Shown piece by piece: positions 11,282-23,074 of a stretch of DNA of 64,000 bases (position 1 is its first letter; every line of letters begins with the position of its first letter). Made by a program: the position numbers and the translations under genes. The notes under the pieces were generated by a model. That model did no database searches and was not told the DNA's origin. It was given only the letters and a program-made list of their open reading frames with translations. The DNA is from Octopus bimaculoides (taxonomy: Eukaryota). Where the stretch lies: NCBI RefSeq assembly GCF_001194135.2, contig NC_068983.1:35491333-35555332 (forward strand). Reading direction: 5' to 3'.

Positions 11282-12109
11282 CTAAGTGTAAAAAAAAAAG
11301 GCATCAATGATGAAATAATTGAATCTTAAAGACACTACACACACATATATACCATCATCATCATTTTTTAACATCCAGTTTTCCATACCAGCATGAGTTG
11401 GATGGAGTTTACTGAAGCAGATTTTCTACAGCCGGTGCTCTACCTGTTGCCAACCCTCACCATCTACAAGCAAGGTAATGCCCAGACATGTTTTTGCAGA
11501 ATATCATCATTGTTCAACATCCTCTTTCCATGCTGGCATGGGTTGGATGGTTTGTCAGGAGCTGGCCAGACAGAAGCCTGCACCAGACTTCTGTCTGTTT
11601 TGGCAGGGGTTTTACAGATGGATGCCCTTCTTAACACCAACCACTCAACAGAGTGGACTGAGTATGCCTGGAATTTTGGAGAGATGGTGGGAAAATGCTA
11701 AGCATACTTACATGGGACGGGGATCAGAATATAAATGGGATGGTCGAATAAAAGAAGAGAGTGAAGGTGGCAAATGCTAGGGTATACCCTTGGGGTACGG
11801 AGGTCATAATATAAGTGATACAGTATTGCTAAAGGAGCATCAGCAGTGTGTGGGGGAGGAGAATGTAGTGATTGGTGAAAATTTGGGTATGTGGAGGTGG
11901 AGAGCTACTGGATAGCAATGATAGAGTGAACAGGGTCATGAGGACAGGATTGGGGAGTGAGAGATAAGCATAGTGCACGAAGGAGGAGATGTGAAGAAGA
12001 GATGTAATTTGGTTTGTTGGGGTAGGGTGTGTGAAAAGTTTTCTTATGTGTGGGTGGAACACAGTGATTCTAGAACTCAGTTTCATTGACGTAGGTGGGT
12101 CTTCTCAAG

Positions 12110-12335
12110 AACTTCGTTTTGCCAGACATCTCAATCTATTATCATTTCTTGTGTGAGGTCCAACATCCTTACCACTTCGTCCCAGGTCTTCTTGGGTCTC
12201 CTTCTTCCATGGGTACCCTCCACTTTCAGTGACTGGCACTTCTTTATGCAGCTGTCTTCATTCATATGCATCACATGTCCAAACCAATGTAGTCTTCTCA
12301 CTCGCATGCTACATTTGATTCCTCTTATGCCACAC
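12110..12335 (-). mobile_element. RTE LINE ORF C-terminal fragment
   Basis: RRLHWFGHVMHMNEDSCIKKC...VEGTHGRRRPKKTWDEVV matches 20358-20600. Confidence 0.8.
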
Positions 12336-12995
12336 ACACATACAATAGGCTTCTTTCAGTTTCCATCTACCAAATCCACTGTCTAGTCACTAGCTGGCCT
12401 GGGGCTACAGTAGATGCTTACACAAAGTATCCAAAACCATGTGGATGGGAAGCAAAATACTTAACTACAGTCATGCCTGTGCCAATATATATATATAGTT
12501 TTATCGTTTAAGGCAAACACTTGTATGCTCAGGGTTCTGCTGTAACCTGTTTCCTAATGCAAAAGTTGCAGTCTCATTAGGCAATGAAATAGTTCTGTAA
12601 GAGTTTTGGCCCCTTCCACTGCAACACAGAGCTGCCCAGGACCACCCATTGATGTAACAAAAACTCCTATATAAAAAGCATCCAGTCCACACTCTAAAGT
12701 GGTTGGTTTTGGAAGGCTATTCCCACTTTAAAAACCATGCCAAAGCAGACAGTGGAGATAGGTGCAGTACTCTGGCTTGCCAGCTCCTATCAAACCATTT
12801 AACCCATGCCAGCAGGGAAGACACACATTAAATGATGATCATATACATGTGTGTGTGTGTGTATAAATCCAACAATTTATACAAAACACATGGGTTCACA
12901 AAATAATCTAATACATATTAACATCAGGTAAAAGAAATATTAATTACATATTGCTAAATAACCATATGCAAAAAGGAAGAAATCTGAATACGTAC

Positions 12996-13049
12996 AGAAT
13001 AATATTGGTCAGCATAGGCCCCCACATAAAATCCAACCGCAAAACTAAC
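12996..13049 (-). CDS. STMP1: STMP1-like microprotein, middle exon (VSFAVGFYVGAYADQYYS)
   Basis: 54-nt phase-0/0 exon with AG and GTACGT boundaries; aligns residue for residue with remembered human STMP1 LGFTLGNVVGMYLAQNYD. Confidence 0.85.
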
Positions 13050-13185
13050 CTGGATAATATAACATAAAAATAAAATGAATTTATATGTTAAAACACAAGA
13101 CAAGAAACATACATTTATACATTTTAACCCTTTTGATACCAACCAGCTTGAAACCACCTCTGCTGCTCTGACACAAAATCACTTA

Positions 13186-13551
13186 TTTATTACCTCTGCC
13201 TTAGTGCAGGCAGAGGTATTGTTTTCAGTTGCGTTTGTTTGTTTGTCTGTGGACAAGATATCTCAAGAACCGTTGAATGGATTCGGATGAAACTTTCAGG
13301 GATGTTTGGCCTCATGACTGGCACAAACTGATTATATTTTGGGATCAATCTGGTACCAGACAAGGATTCTGGATTATTTTTCCTGTTTCTTTAATTGTTG
13401 AGAGCGATCAGGTTCATTTTTAGTATCCTCATTTGTGAGAACAGACAAGTTTATTTCAGATATTCTCATTTTAAAAATTATCTCTGGCTAATCATTGAGA
13501 GGATGCTGGTGTTGCCTTGATGGAGGTTTGTGCTCTCTAAGTACTCTTGTT
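13186..13551 (+). mobile_element. Helentron/DINE-1-type non-autonomous rolling-circle element
   Basis: Starts ttattacctctgcc...ggcagagg (5' inverted repeat), has a gtttgtttgtttgtctgt microsatellite, and ends ccttgatggagg...ctcttgtt. Confidence 0.6.
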
Positions 13552-13929
13552 TACATTAAAACTTTTCTAAATAATTTTCATCATCATCTAACATGGTTTA
13601 CACACTGGTATAGGTTGGATGGTTTGACGGGCTGACCAAGCTCCATTTATCAGTTTTGGTATGGTTTCTATCACTGGATGCTCTTTCTAATTGCCAACCA
13701 CTTTACAGAGTGTGTTGGGTGCTTCTTATGTAGCACCAACACTTATCATGGACATGCTGAAGCACTGCCTTGGAGGGTTTAGTCAATTAAATCGACCTCA
13801 GTACTTATTTTTAAGTCAGGTACTTATTCTATTGGCCTCTTTTGCTGAACTGCTAAGTTAGTGGGACACAAACAAACCAATACCAATAGTCAGGCATTAG
13901 GGCAGAGTAGACAAGCACAACAGAACTAT

Positions 13930-14510
13930 ATACATGGCAATGATGTGGTGAGAATGAATGAGGATAGCTGCGTGAAAAAGTGCCACTCCCTAACAGTTGA
14001 GGGAACCCGTGGAAGAGGTAGGCCCAGGAAGACCTTCGAACATTGGGCCTCACCGAGGCGATGACTACTGACCGAGACCTTTGGAAATGTGCTGTGCGTG
14101 AGAAGACCAGGCAAGCCAAGTGAGATCGTTGCCAGGGCCCCTGGACTGGCTCTTGTGCAGGTGGCACATAAGATGTACCATCCTGAGCGTGACAGTTGCC
14201 AGTACCGCCTGACTGGCCTTCGTAGGGTTTTCGAGTGAGATCGTTGCCAGTGCCCCTGGACTGGCTCTTGTGCAGATGGCACATAAAAGACACCATTTCG
14301 AGCGTGGCCGTTTTCGTGCGGGTGACACGTAAAAGCACCCAATACACTCTCTGAGTGGTTGGCGTTAGGAAGGGCATCCAGCTGTAGAAACTCTGCCAAA
14401 TTAGATTGGAGCCTGGTGTAGCCATCCGGTTGCACCAGTCCTCAGTCAAATCGTCCAACCCATGCTAGCATGGAAAGTGGACGTTAAACGATGATGATGA
14501 TGATGATGAT
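13930..14510 (+). mobile_element. 5'-truncated RTE LINE: ORF end, hairpin VNTR and (GAT)n tail
   Basis: VVRMNEDSCVKKCHSLTVEGTRGRGRPRKT followed by the family 3' UTR. Confidence 0.85.
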
Positions 14511-15739
14511 ACACACACACACAGAGGCAATGACAAATGACCAAGACTCTTGGCAATAAGTCATGCTTGAGAAGACCCATCAAGCCAAGTGAAATTGTGG
14601 TAATGGCAGAAACTGGTGTCATACAATTGGCACTTGTGCTAGTGGCATGTAAAAGCACCCATTACACTCTTGGAGTGGTTGGCATTAAGAAGAGTATCCA
14701 GCTGTAGAAACCATGCCAAATCAGACTGGAGTCTGGTGCAGCCCCTCAGCTTGCCAACCCTGGTCAAACCATCCAAGCCATGCCAGCACGGACAACGGAT
14801 GTTAAATGATGATGATGATAGACATACAGACATATATATATCATCATTATTTAATATCCACTTACCCATGCTCATAAGATATTGGGACTCATATACAACT
14901 GTCACACAATGTCAAAAAAGGCCCAAAACACTCATTACGTGTATACATATATATGCATGTATTATATATCATCATCATCGTTTAACGGCCTCTTTCCATG
15001 CTGGCATGGGTTGGACAGTTTGACTGAGGGCTGGCGAGCCAGAAGGTTGCACCAGTCTCAAATATGATCTGGCAAAGCTTCTACAGCTGGATGCCTTTCC
15101 TAACGCCAACCACTCCGAGAGTGTAGTGGGTGCTTTTACGTGCCACCCCAGCACGAGGGCCAGTCAAGCGGTACTGGCATCAGCCACGCTCAAATGGTGC
15201 TTTTTTATGTGCAACCTGCACGGGGAGCCAGTCCAGCGGCATATATTAGAAGACACTTGCCCAAGGTGCTATGCAGCAGGACTGAACCCAGGACTATGTG
15301 ATTGAGAAGCAAACTTCTTACCACACAAACACGCCTGTGCGTGTGTGTGTGTGTATACACACATACAATACGTATACAAATATTACAGTAGCAGGCAGAG
15401 GAAAGGCATTTTGGGAAGGAAAGGTCAAAAGAGAAGAAACCTTTAGAAAGACAGATCCAAATTCGAAGCATTTCATAGTGATTTTTGTTTTATAACAATG
15501 CTTTACAATATCCACCTTTTGTTCACATTAAGGCCTTCATGAACAAGCCTCCCTCCTCCTCTACCATTGCACATCTCTTTTACTATCTCTTCTATCACCT
15601 TTACGCTCTAGTTAATCTTTCAGCACTGTTCTGCTGTTGAACGAACGGAGATAACGCTGGGTAAAGAGTACTCTACGTTGTTGGCAGCTAAATCGTTACA
15701 TATTTTTTTAGCAACCATCTGCTTGTAGAAGCGCGCGCG

Positions 15740-15808
<69 letters not shown>

Positions 15809-15954
15809 ATCTAAAGACATGTTGCTTCTGTTTGTTTTAAGTTTTTTTTTTTTCCCCTCAAAATATTATTTTCGTTTTAATCCGACACGAAAATAAGAAT
15901 TAACCATATTTTCCTAAAATTATACAATATAAAAGGAAATATTTTTGTAAATAC

Positions 15955-15969
15955 TATGTACATGAACAT
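15955..15969 (-). CDS. STMP1: STMP1-like microprotein, candidate first coding exon (MFMYI)
   Basis: ATG TTC ATG TAC ATA|gtattt gives the required phase 0; acceptor tttgcttctacag just upstream (exon from 15992). The donor is weak. Confidence 0.5.
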
Positions 15970-16395
15970 CTCAAGAAAGCCTTTGTTATTTACTGTAGAA
16001 GCAAACACAAAATTTTAAGAAGCACATGTCCTTTTCGCAGTGTATAATAAGTATTTTACAAAGTATAAACAAATCAAATTATTTTCTTATTTCCGTTTCG
16101 GTTTTTCATTTGACTTCAGAACGACCAGAGCAAAAAAAAGTAAACCAGAACATATAGTCGGTTGGAAACTGTAACCAACGGCGGTGTTGTTACAGATCAC
16201 ACTATAAACAAAACAAATAGCCATAAACATTTTCAAGATCTGTAAGATCTATTTTAATATCACTAACTTTGTTTTAAAAAAAAAGACAAATGCACTGATT
16301 CAATTATACACTTTCTTTCCTTCTGACATCAAGCTCGTTACAATGACAAGTCAAGCGACAAACTATGAAACAGCGTAGTAAAAAGAAATTATATA

Positions 16396-16545
16396 CCGTA
16401 TTAAAGCGTGTATAAGAAACCCCCTAATTTTGGGGGCTTAATATTTGGAAAGAAGATTTTGCAAGGGATTATAATACTATCCATGTATAAGAAACCTGAT
16501 TTTTGACAAAAAAAAAAAAGGTTCTTTATACACGTTAAAATACAG
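16396..16545. mobile_element. Small pogo/Tigger-like MITE
   Basis: Imperfect TIRs ccgtattaaagcgtgtataag / ttatacacgttaaaatacag. Confidence 0.5.
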
Positions 16546-17288
16546 AATATAAACAATGGTTATAGCACTAAAAGTAGCACATAACTAACGGCTTAACAGA
16601 TGTATACCCCATCCACCCTCATCATGCAGTGACGGCATAACTAGGGATATACATATGTAGTTATGCCTAAATGGCAAATAACTATATTAGAAAGTTAAGA
16701 AAATGTCTTACCAACTTGCCCAACATGATCCACGATGTTAATTAATTAATTGTTTTAAGACAACGAATCCAACATTGATTACCGTTCTAAGATGCACATC
16801 GATATTTGTATCTCCTGTAATTAGAGATCGCACGCACATCGATATTTATCTCCCGTTTCACACGTTCAACAAGATTACACTCGGCTATCTAGGAAGAATC
16901 CACTATATAATGTCTCGGATCTTTTTTAAATCGGGGGCCACATTTTTCATTAATGTTTTACGTAGTGTTTTTGGTACCGAAAGACTTTCAAACTTCGTAT
17001 ACTTATCTATTTTGTGTTATAGAACAGAAAAATACTTTTGTATTCGAATTTATTTCATGTAAAAAATTGTCTTATTTCGATAATTTCAACCATTCACTGA
17101 CAAGTATTCAGTTGTTTACATTTACTCCTTTGGCTCATTAAGCGATGTAAAGCGTATTTAATCTCCATACCTTCGTTTTATTTGCTTTTTTCATTTTAAA
17201 TTTGCTTTAACCCTAACCCTAAGGTTAGGGTTAGGGTTAATTGTTTCAGAATCGTTTGTTTATGTAGTCGGCACTTAATGTATATCGG

Positions 17289-18214
17289 NNNNNNNNNNNN
17301 NNNNNNNNNNNNNNNNNNNNNNNNNNNNNNNNNNNNNNNNNNNNNNNNNNNNNNNNNNNNNNNNNNNNNNNNNNNNNNNNNNNNNNNNNNNNNNNNNNNN
17401 NNNNNNNNNNNNNNNNNNNNNNNNNNNNNNNNNNNNNNNNNNNNNNNNNNNNNNNNNNNNNNNNNNNNNNNNNNNNNNNNNNNNNNNNNNNNNNNNNNNN
17501 NNNNNNNNNNNNNNNNNNNNNNNNNNNNNNNNNNNNNNNNNNNNNNNNNNNNNNNNNNNNNNNNNNNNNNNNNNNNNNNNNNNNNNNNNNNNNNNNNNNN
17601 NNNNNNNNNNNNNNNNNNNNNNNNNNNNNNNNNNNNNNNNNNNNNNNNNNNNNNNNNNNNNNNNNNNNNNNNNNNNNNNNNNNNNNNNNNNNNNNNNNNN
17701 NNNNNNNNNNNNNNNNNNNNNNNNNNNNNNNNNNNNNNNNNNNNNNNNNNNNNNNNNNNNNNNNNNNNNNNNNNNNNNNNNNNNNNNNNNNNNNNNNNNN
17801 NNNNNNNNNNNNNNNNNNNNNNNNNNNNNNNNNNNNNNNNNNNNNNNNNNNNNNNNNNNNNNNNNNNNNNNNNNNNNNNNNNNNNNNNNNNNNNNNNNNN
17901 NNNNNNNNNNNNNNNNNNNNNNNNNNNNNNNNNNNNNNNNNNNNNNNNNNNNNNNNNNNNNNNNNNNNNNNNNNNNNNNNNNNNNNNNNNNNNNNNNNNN
18001 NNNNNNNNNNNNNNNNNNNNNNNNNNNNNNNNNNNNNNNNNNNNNNNNNNNNNNNNNNNNNNNNNNNNNNNNNNNNNNNNNNNNNNNNNNNNNNNNNNNN
18101 NNNNNNNNNNNNNNNNNNNNNNNNNNNNNNNNNNNNNNNNNNNNNNNNNNNNNNNNNNNNNNNNNNNNNNNNNNNNNNNNNNNNNNNNNNNNNNNNNNNN
18201 NNNNNNNNNNNNNN
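17289..18214. other. Assembly gap
   Basis: Run of N. Confidence 1.
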
Positions 18215-18529
18215 GGGGCGGAAGTCTTGCCCCGAATAGAATTCTTCACTAACAAACTCTGTGTCGTTCAAAATCACAAAAATGTAAATCTCTCGTCTGA
18301 CGTACGTTTTTGTATAAATAATTCATTTTCCCGAGGGAAGCAATAAAACGCCGAAGTGTAACTCCAGACAAGACGCATTAAGCCATAAATGAAATACATG
18401 GAAAACACACATTTGTGTATATTATTACTTTAGTATTTCGAGTCAATAGGGAGATTCTATGTGGTCGTTTGACCTGCTAAGAATAACAGCCGAATTCCCT
18501 CAAATCAGACCCAACTAGCTTTACACAAT

Positions 18530-19693
18530 CATCATCATCGTTTAACGTCCGCTTTCCATGCTAGCATGGGTTGGACGATTTGACTGAGGACTGGTGCAAC
18601 CGGATGGCTACACCAGGCTCCAATCTAATTTGGCAGAGTTTCTACAGCTGGATGCCCTTCCTAACGCCAACTACTCAGAGAGTGTAGTGGGTGCTTTTAC
18701 GTGTCACCCGCACGAAAACGGCCACACTCGAAATGGTGTCTTTTATGTGCCACCCGCACAAGAGCCAGTTCAGGGGCACTGGCAACGATCCCGCTCGAAA
18801 ATCCTACAAGGCCAGTCAGGCGGTACTGGCAACGGTCACGCTCAGGATNNNNNNNNNNNNNNNNNNNNNNNNNNNNNNNNNNNNNNNNNNNNNNNNNNNN
18901 NNNNNNNNNNNNNNNNNNNNNNNNNNNNNNNNNNNNNNNNNNNNNNNNNNNNNNNNNNNNNNNNNNNNNNNNNNNNNNNNNNNNNNNNNNNNNNNNNNNN
19001 NNNNNNNNNNNNNNNNNNNNNNNNNNNNNNNNNNNNNNNNNNNNNNNNNNNNNNNNNNNNNNNNNNNNNNNNNNNNNNNNNNNNNNNNNNNNNNNNNNNN
19101 NNNNNNNNNNNNNNNNNNNNNNNNNNNNNNNNNNNNNNNNNNNNNNNNNNNNNNNNNNNNNNNNNNNNNNNNNNNNNNNNNNNNNNNNNNNNNNNNNNNN
19201 NNNNNNNNNNNNNNNNNNNNNNNNNNNNNNNNNNNNNNNNNNNNNNNNNNNNNNNNNNNNNNNNNNNNNNNNNNNNNNNNNNNNNNNNNNNNNNNNNNNN
19301 NNNNNNNNNNNNNNNNNNNNNNNNNNNNNNNNNNNNNNNNNNNNNNNNNNNNNNNNNNNNNNNNNNNNNNNNNNNNNNNNNNNNNNNNNNNNNNNNNNNN
19401 NNNNNNNNNNNNNNNNNNNNNNNNNNNNNNNNNNNNNNNNNNNNNNNNGCAGTTACAGCCCATGTTTCACTGCCATGTAGCATGGCTGTTCGTACACATG
19501 CGTCATACAGTCTGCCTTTTACTCTGAGCGAGAGTCCCTTTGTCGCCAGCAGAGGTAAGAGCTCTCTAAACTTGGCCCAGGCTATTCTTATTCTAGCAGT
19601 TACACTTTCAGCGCACCCACCCCCACTACTAACTTGGTCACCCAGATAGCGGAAGCTATCGACTACCTCTAGTTTTTCTCCCTGGATAAACAA
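18530..19693 (-). mobile_element. 5'-truncated RTE LINE spanning the gap 18849-19448
   Basis: ORF ...EKLEVVDSFRYLGDQVSSGGGCAESVTARIRIAWAKFRELLPLL...MLHGSETWAVT on one side of the gap and the 3' tail on the other. Confidence 0.85.
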
Positions 19694-19810
19694 AATAGGT
19701 AGAAACCTTGCATGTCTCTCCTCCCATTTATGACCTTAAGAAAGTAAGATATAGCAGTACTCAGCATTTGAAACCCTGTCAGTTCAGTAATGGGCAAAGG
19801 CCACAGCATA

Positions 19811-21950
19811 TCATCATCATCATCATCGCTTAACGTCCACTTTCCATGCTGGTATGAGTTGGGCGATTTGACCAAGGACTGGCGAACCAGATGGCTCCAC
19901 CAGGCTCCAATCTGATCTGGCAGGGTTTCTACAGCTGGATGCCCTTCCTAATGCCAACCACTCTGAGAGTAAAGTGGGTGCTTTTATGCGCCACTGGCAA
20001 AAGGGCCAGTCAGACAGTACTGGCAACAGCCACACTCAAATGTTGCTCTTTACGTGCCACCTGCACAGGAGCCAGTACAGAGGCACTGGCAACAACCTCG
20101 CTCGAATATTTTTCATGTGCCACTGGCACAAGTTCTAGTAAGGCAACACTGGTAACGATCATGCTCAAATGGTGCTTTTTACGTGCCACCAGCACGGAAG
20201 CCAGTCAGCTGCTCTGGCAGCAATCACGCTCGGATGGTGCTATTAGCACTCCACTAGCACAGATGCCAGTCATGCAGTGCTGTCATCGAATTTGATTTCG
20301 ATTTCACTTGCCTCAACAGGTCTTCGCAAGCAGAGTTTAGTGGCCACGGTTATGGTCTCACTTTGTTTGCTGGGTTTTTTCAAGCACAGCATATTTCCAA
20401 AGGTCTCGGTCACTAGTCATTGCTTCGATGAGGTCTAATGTTCGAAGGTCACACTTCACCACCTCATCCCAGGTCTTCCAGGGTCTACCTCTTCCACAGG
20501 TTCCCTCAACCGCTAGGGTGTAGCACTTTTTCACACAGCTGTCCTCATTCATTCGCAACACATGACCATACCAGTGCAATCGTCTCTCTTGCACACCACA
20601 TCTGATGCTTCTTAGGTCTAACTTTTCTCTCAAGGTACTTATACTCTGTCGAGTATGCACACTGTCAGTACACATCCATTGGAGCATACTGGCTTCATTC
20701 CTTGCAAGCTTACACATGTCCTCAGCAGTCACGGCCCATGTTTCACTGCCATGTTGCATGGCTGTTCGTACACGTGTCATACAGTCTACCTTTTACTCTG
20801 AGCAAGAGGCCTTTGTCACCAGCAGAGGTAAGAGCTCTCAGAACTTTGCCCAGGCTTTCTTATTCTAGCAGTTACACTTTCAGAGCACCCATCCCCGCTA
20901 CTGACTTGGTCACCTTGGTAATGGAAGCTATCAACTACTATTGCTGCACTTCTTATGTGTCCATAGCTTACACTGGGTACATCTTATAGAGTTTCTACCA
21001 ACGCCTTTTCTACAAATCGAGCAGGCCCATCTACCTGAAGGGATTTGTGGTTTGTCTGCCTTCCTACTTATTAGGACTTTGGTTTTAGCTAGGTTGACTC
21101 TAAGACCCTTCGATTCTAGTCCTTGCTTCCACACCTGAAACTTCTCTAGTTCTGATAATGACTCAGCAATTATAGCAAGGTTATTAGCATAGAGGAGCTC
21201 CCAGGGGCATTCTGTCTTGAATTCCTCTGTTATTGCTTGGAGGACTTTGATAAATAGGAGGGGGCTGAGGACTGAACCTTGGTGGACCCCTACCTCTACT
21301 CGGAATTCTTCACTGTACTTGTTGCCGACACTCACCTTACTGACAGCGTCCCTGTACATGGCTTGCACAGCTCTCACTAACCATTCATCTATCCCTAGTT
21401 TCCTCATTGACCACCAAATAAGGGATCGGGGGACCCTGTTGAAGGCTTTCTCCATGTCAACGAAAGCCAGGTACAGAGGTTTATCTTTGGCTAGATATTT
21501 CTCCTGCAGCTGTCTTACCAGAAATATAGCATCACTGGTGCTTTTCCCTGGCACAAACCCAAACTGCATCTCATCTAAACTGACTCTCTCCCTAATTAGT
21601 TGGGCTGTGACCTTCAATACCTGATCCAACAACTTGATACTTCTGTAATTATTTGTATCTAAAGCGTCACCTTTACCTTTGTAGCAGTTGACTATGGTGC
21701 TGCTACACCAGNNNNNNNNNNAAGCGTCACCTTTACCTTTGTAGCAGTTGACTATGGTGCTGCTACACCAGTCATTGGGTATGACTCCTTCGTGTATCAC
21801 CTGGTTAACTATATGAGTGACTAGGTGATAACCAACATCACCAGATATTTTGAGCATCTCTGCAGTGATTCCTGATAGGCCAGGGGCTTTCCCTGTCTTC
21901 ATACTCTTAATTGCTTTATCTACAAAGGTACTGTCAATATCAAGTTTCCA
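19811..21950 (-). mobile_element. RTE-clade LINE, 5'-truncated and inactive: RT, post-RT region, 3' UTR and (GAT)n tail
   Basis: KAPG..I.AEMLK, QFGFVPGKSTSDAIF, FVDMEKAF, GVHQGSVLSPLLF; catalytic YADD reads YANN; internal deletion near 20940. Confidence 0.95.
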
Positions 21951-22399
21951 TATTTGATGTGTCCTTATCAGATTTTGGCTCATATTTCAGCCAATTGTTG
22001 TTCAGGTACATTTATGTGGTGTCAAGATTAAGGGAAAATTCCACACAGTTTGTCCCAAATAATGGTTATAAATCAAAATGCACAGGAAATACAAAGCAGA
22101 GGATTCATAGAGGTTTTCTTGGTTAGCTGGTAGCTAATCCACCCTGTCCTCATGTTAAAAAGATCACCTCTTGCCAAGCACAAACAACATTTTCAACTCT
22201 CGGCAAGCATACATTCTTACTAGCTACTAGTATTCAACATAACAGCTTTTTGTAAAGTAAACTTAAAACACCAATCTGTTATTAAACATGTTAATAAAAT
22301 TTAAATATTATGACTAGGAGCAGATCCCAGCAAAACAACCATAGAGCTTTTTGTAAAGCCAGATCTACTAGAGACCTATGTGACTCACCAGTAAGCTCT

Positions 22400-22760
22400 C
22401 AACCTCAAAAAATTTGGTAGAAGTATTGTTTTTGCTCTGACACCAGGAAAGCTTTTGCCTGCATCTGATAGGAATCTCCAGTCAAAACTATTAGCCTATG
22501 GGTGCCATCTGTCTCTCATTTGTCTTGAATCAGCAATTTCCTAAGACTACCCTATTGCTGATGGAGTTATGGTGCATATTCTATCAACTCTGGTTTGCAT
22601 CAGAGTTCAGTTTTGTTTCTTACATTCTTCCTCCTGTACATCAACAATTTACTTGCTATCACCTCAAACAATGCCCATTCTTACGCAGATGATACTATCC
22701 TTCATTCCTTTCTAACTTTCCAACCTACACTTCATCCACGTACAACCTAGATAACTCACA
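22400..22760 (+). mobile_element. Old CR1/L2/Jockey-type LINE RT fragment
   Basis: Translated by eye: INSGLHQSSVLFLTFFLLYINNLLAITSNNAHSYADDTIL (about 22585-22705). Confidence 0.65.
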
Positions 22761-23074
22761 CCATATCTACACACACTGAATCCATGGATAGAAATCTAGG
22801 AAAAACATCTTCCAATGAGATTATGTCAAACTTCACCCATTTCAGCAGCAAAAAACAAAAATCAAGGCATGTACCAAGAAAATGTTACTGCATCCCTCCC
22901 CTAAAATGAGTGACATAGAATTAGAGCCCTTACAATCTCCTTATCACTGAGAATCTGTAGGGTGGTGGATTAGCAAGACTGTGTCAAAAAAAGTGCTTTG
23001 TTCCAGCTCCTTATATTCTGAGTTGTAATCCTGTTGAGGTCAAATTTGTCTTTCATCCTTTCAGTGGATAAAGT

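Noticed and set aside
13853-14458. Hairpin/spacer arrays that look superficially CRISPR-like, and the ORFs across them
   Set aside because: The context is eukaryotic, the spacers are repeated rather than unique, there are no cas genes, and the array is part of an RTE 3' UTR.
15700-15720. Alternative STMP1 first exon (MVAKKI or ...WLLKKY)
   Set aside because: The local ATG gives phase 1, and the phase-0 frame gets its ATG only from a microsatellite. It cannot be fully excluded without RNA data.
21170-21650. Several G-to-A changes in the RT (YADD to YANN, AFD to AFN, E to K) suggesting deaminase hypermutation
   Set aside because: At least two lie in CpG context and are explained by ordinary methyl-CpG decay; there are too few sites to claim more without a consensus.
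21662-21771. Exact 50-bp tandem duplication in the RTE RT (WCSSTIVNCYKGKGDA twice)
   Set aside because: The copies flank a 10-N gap, so this is an unmerged contig overlap.
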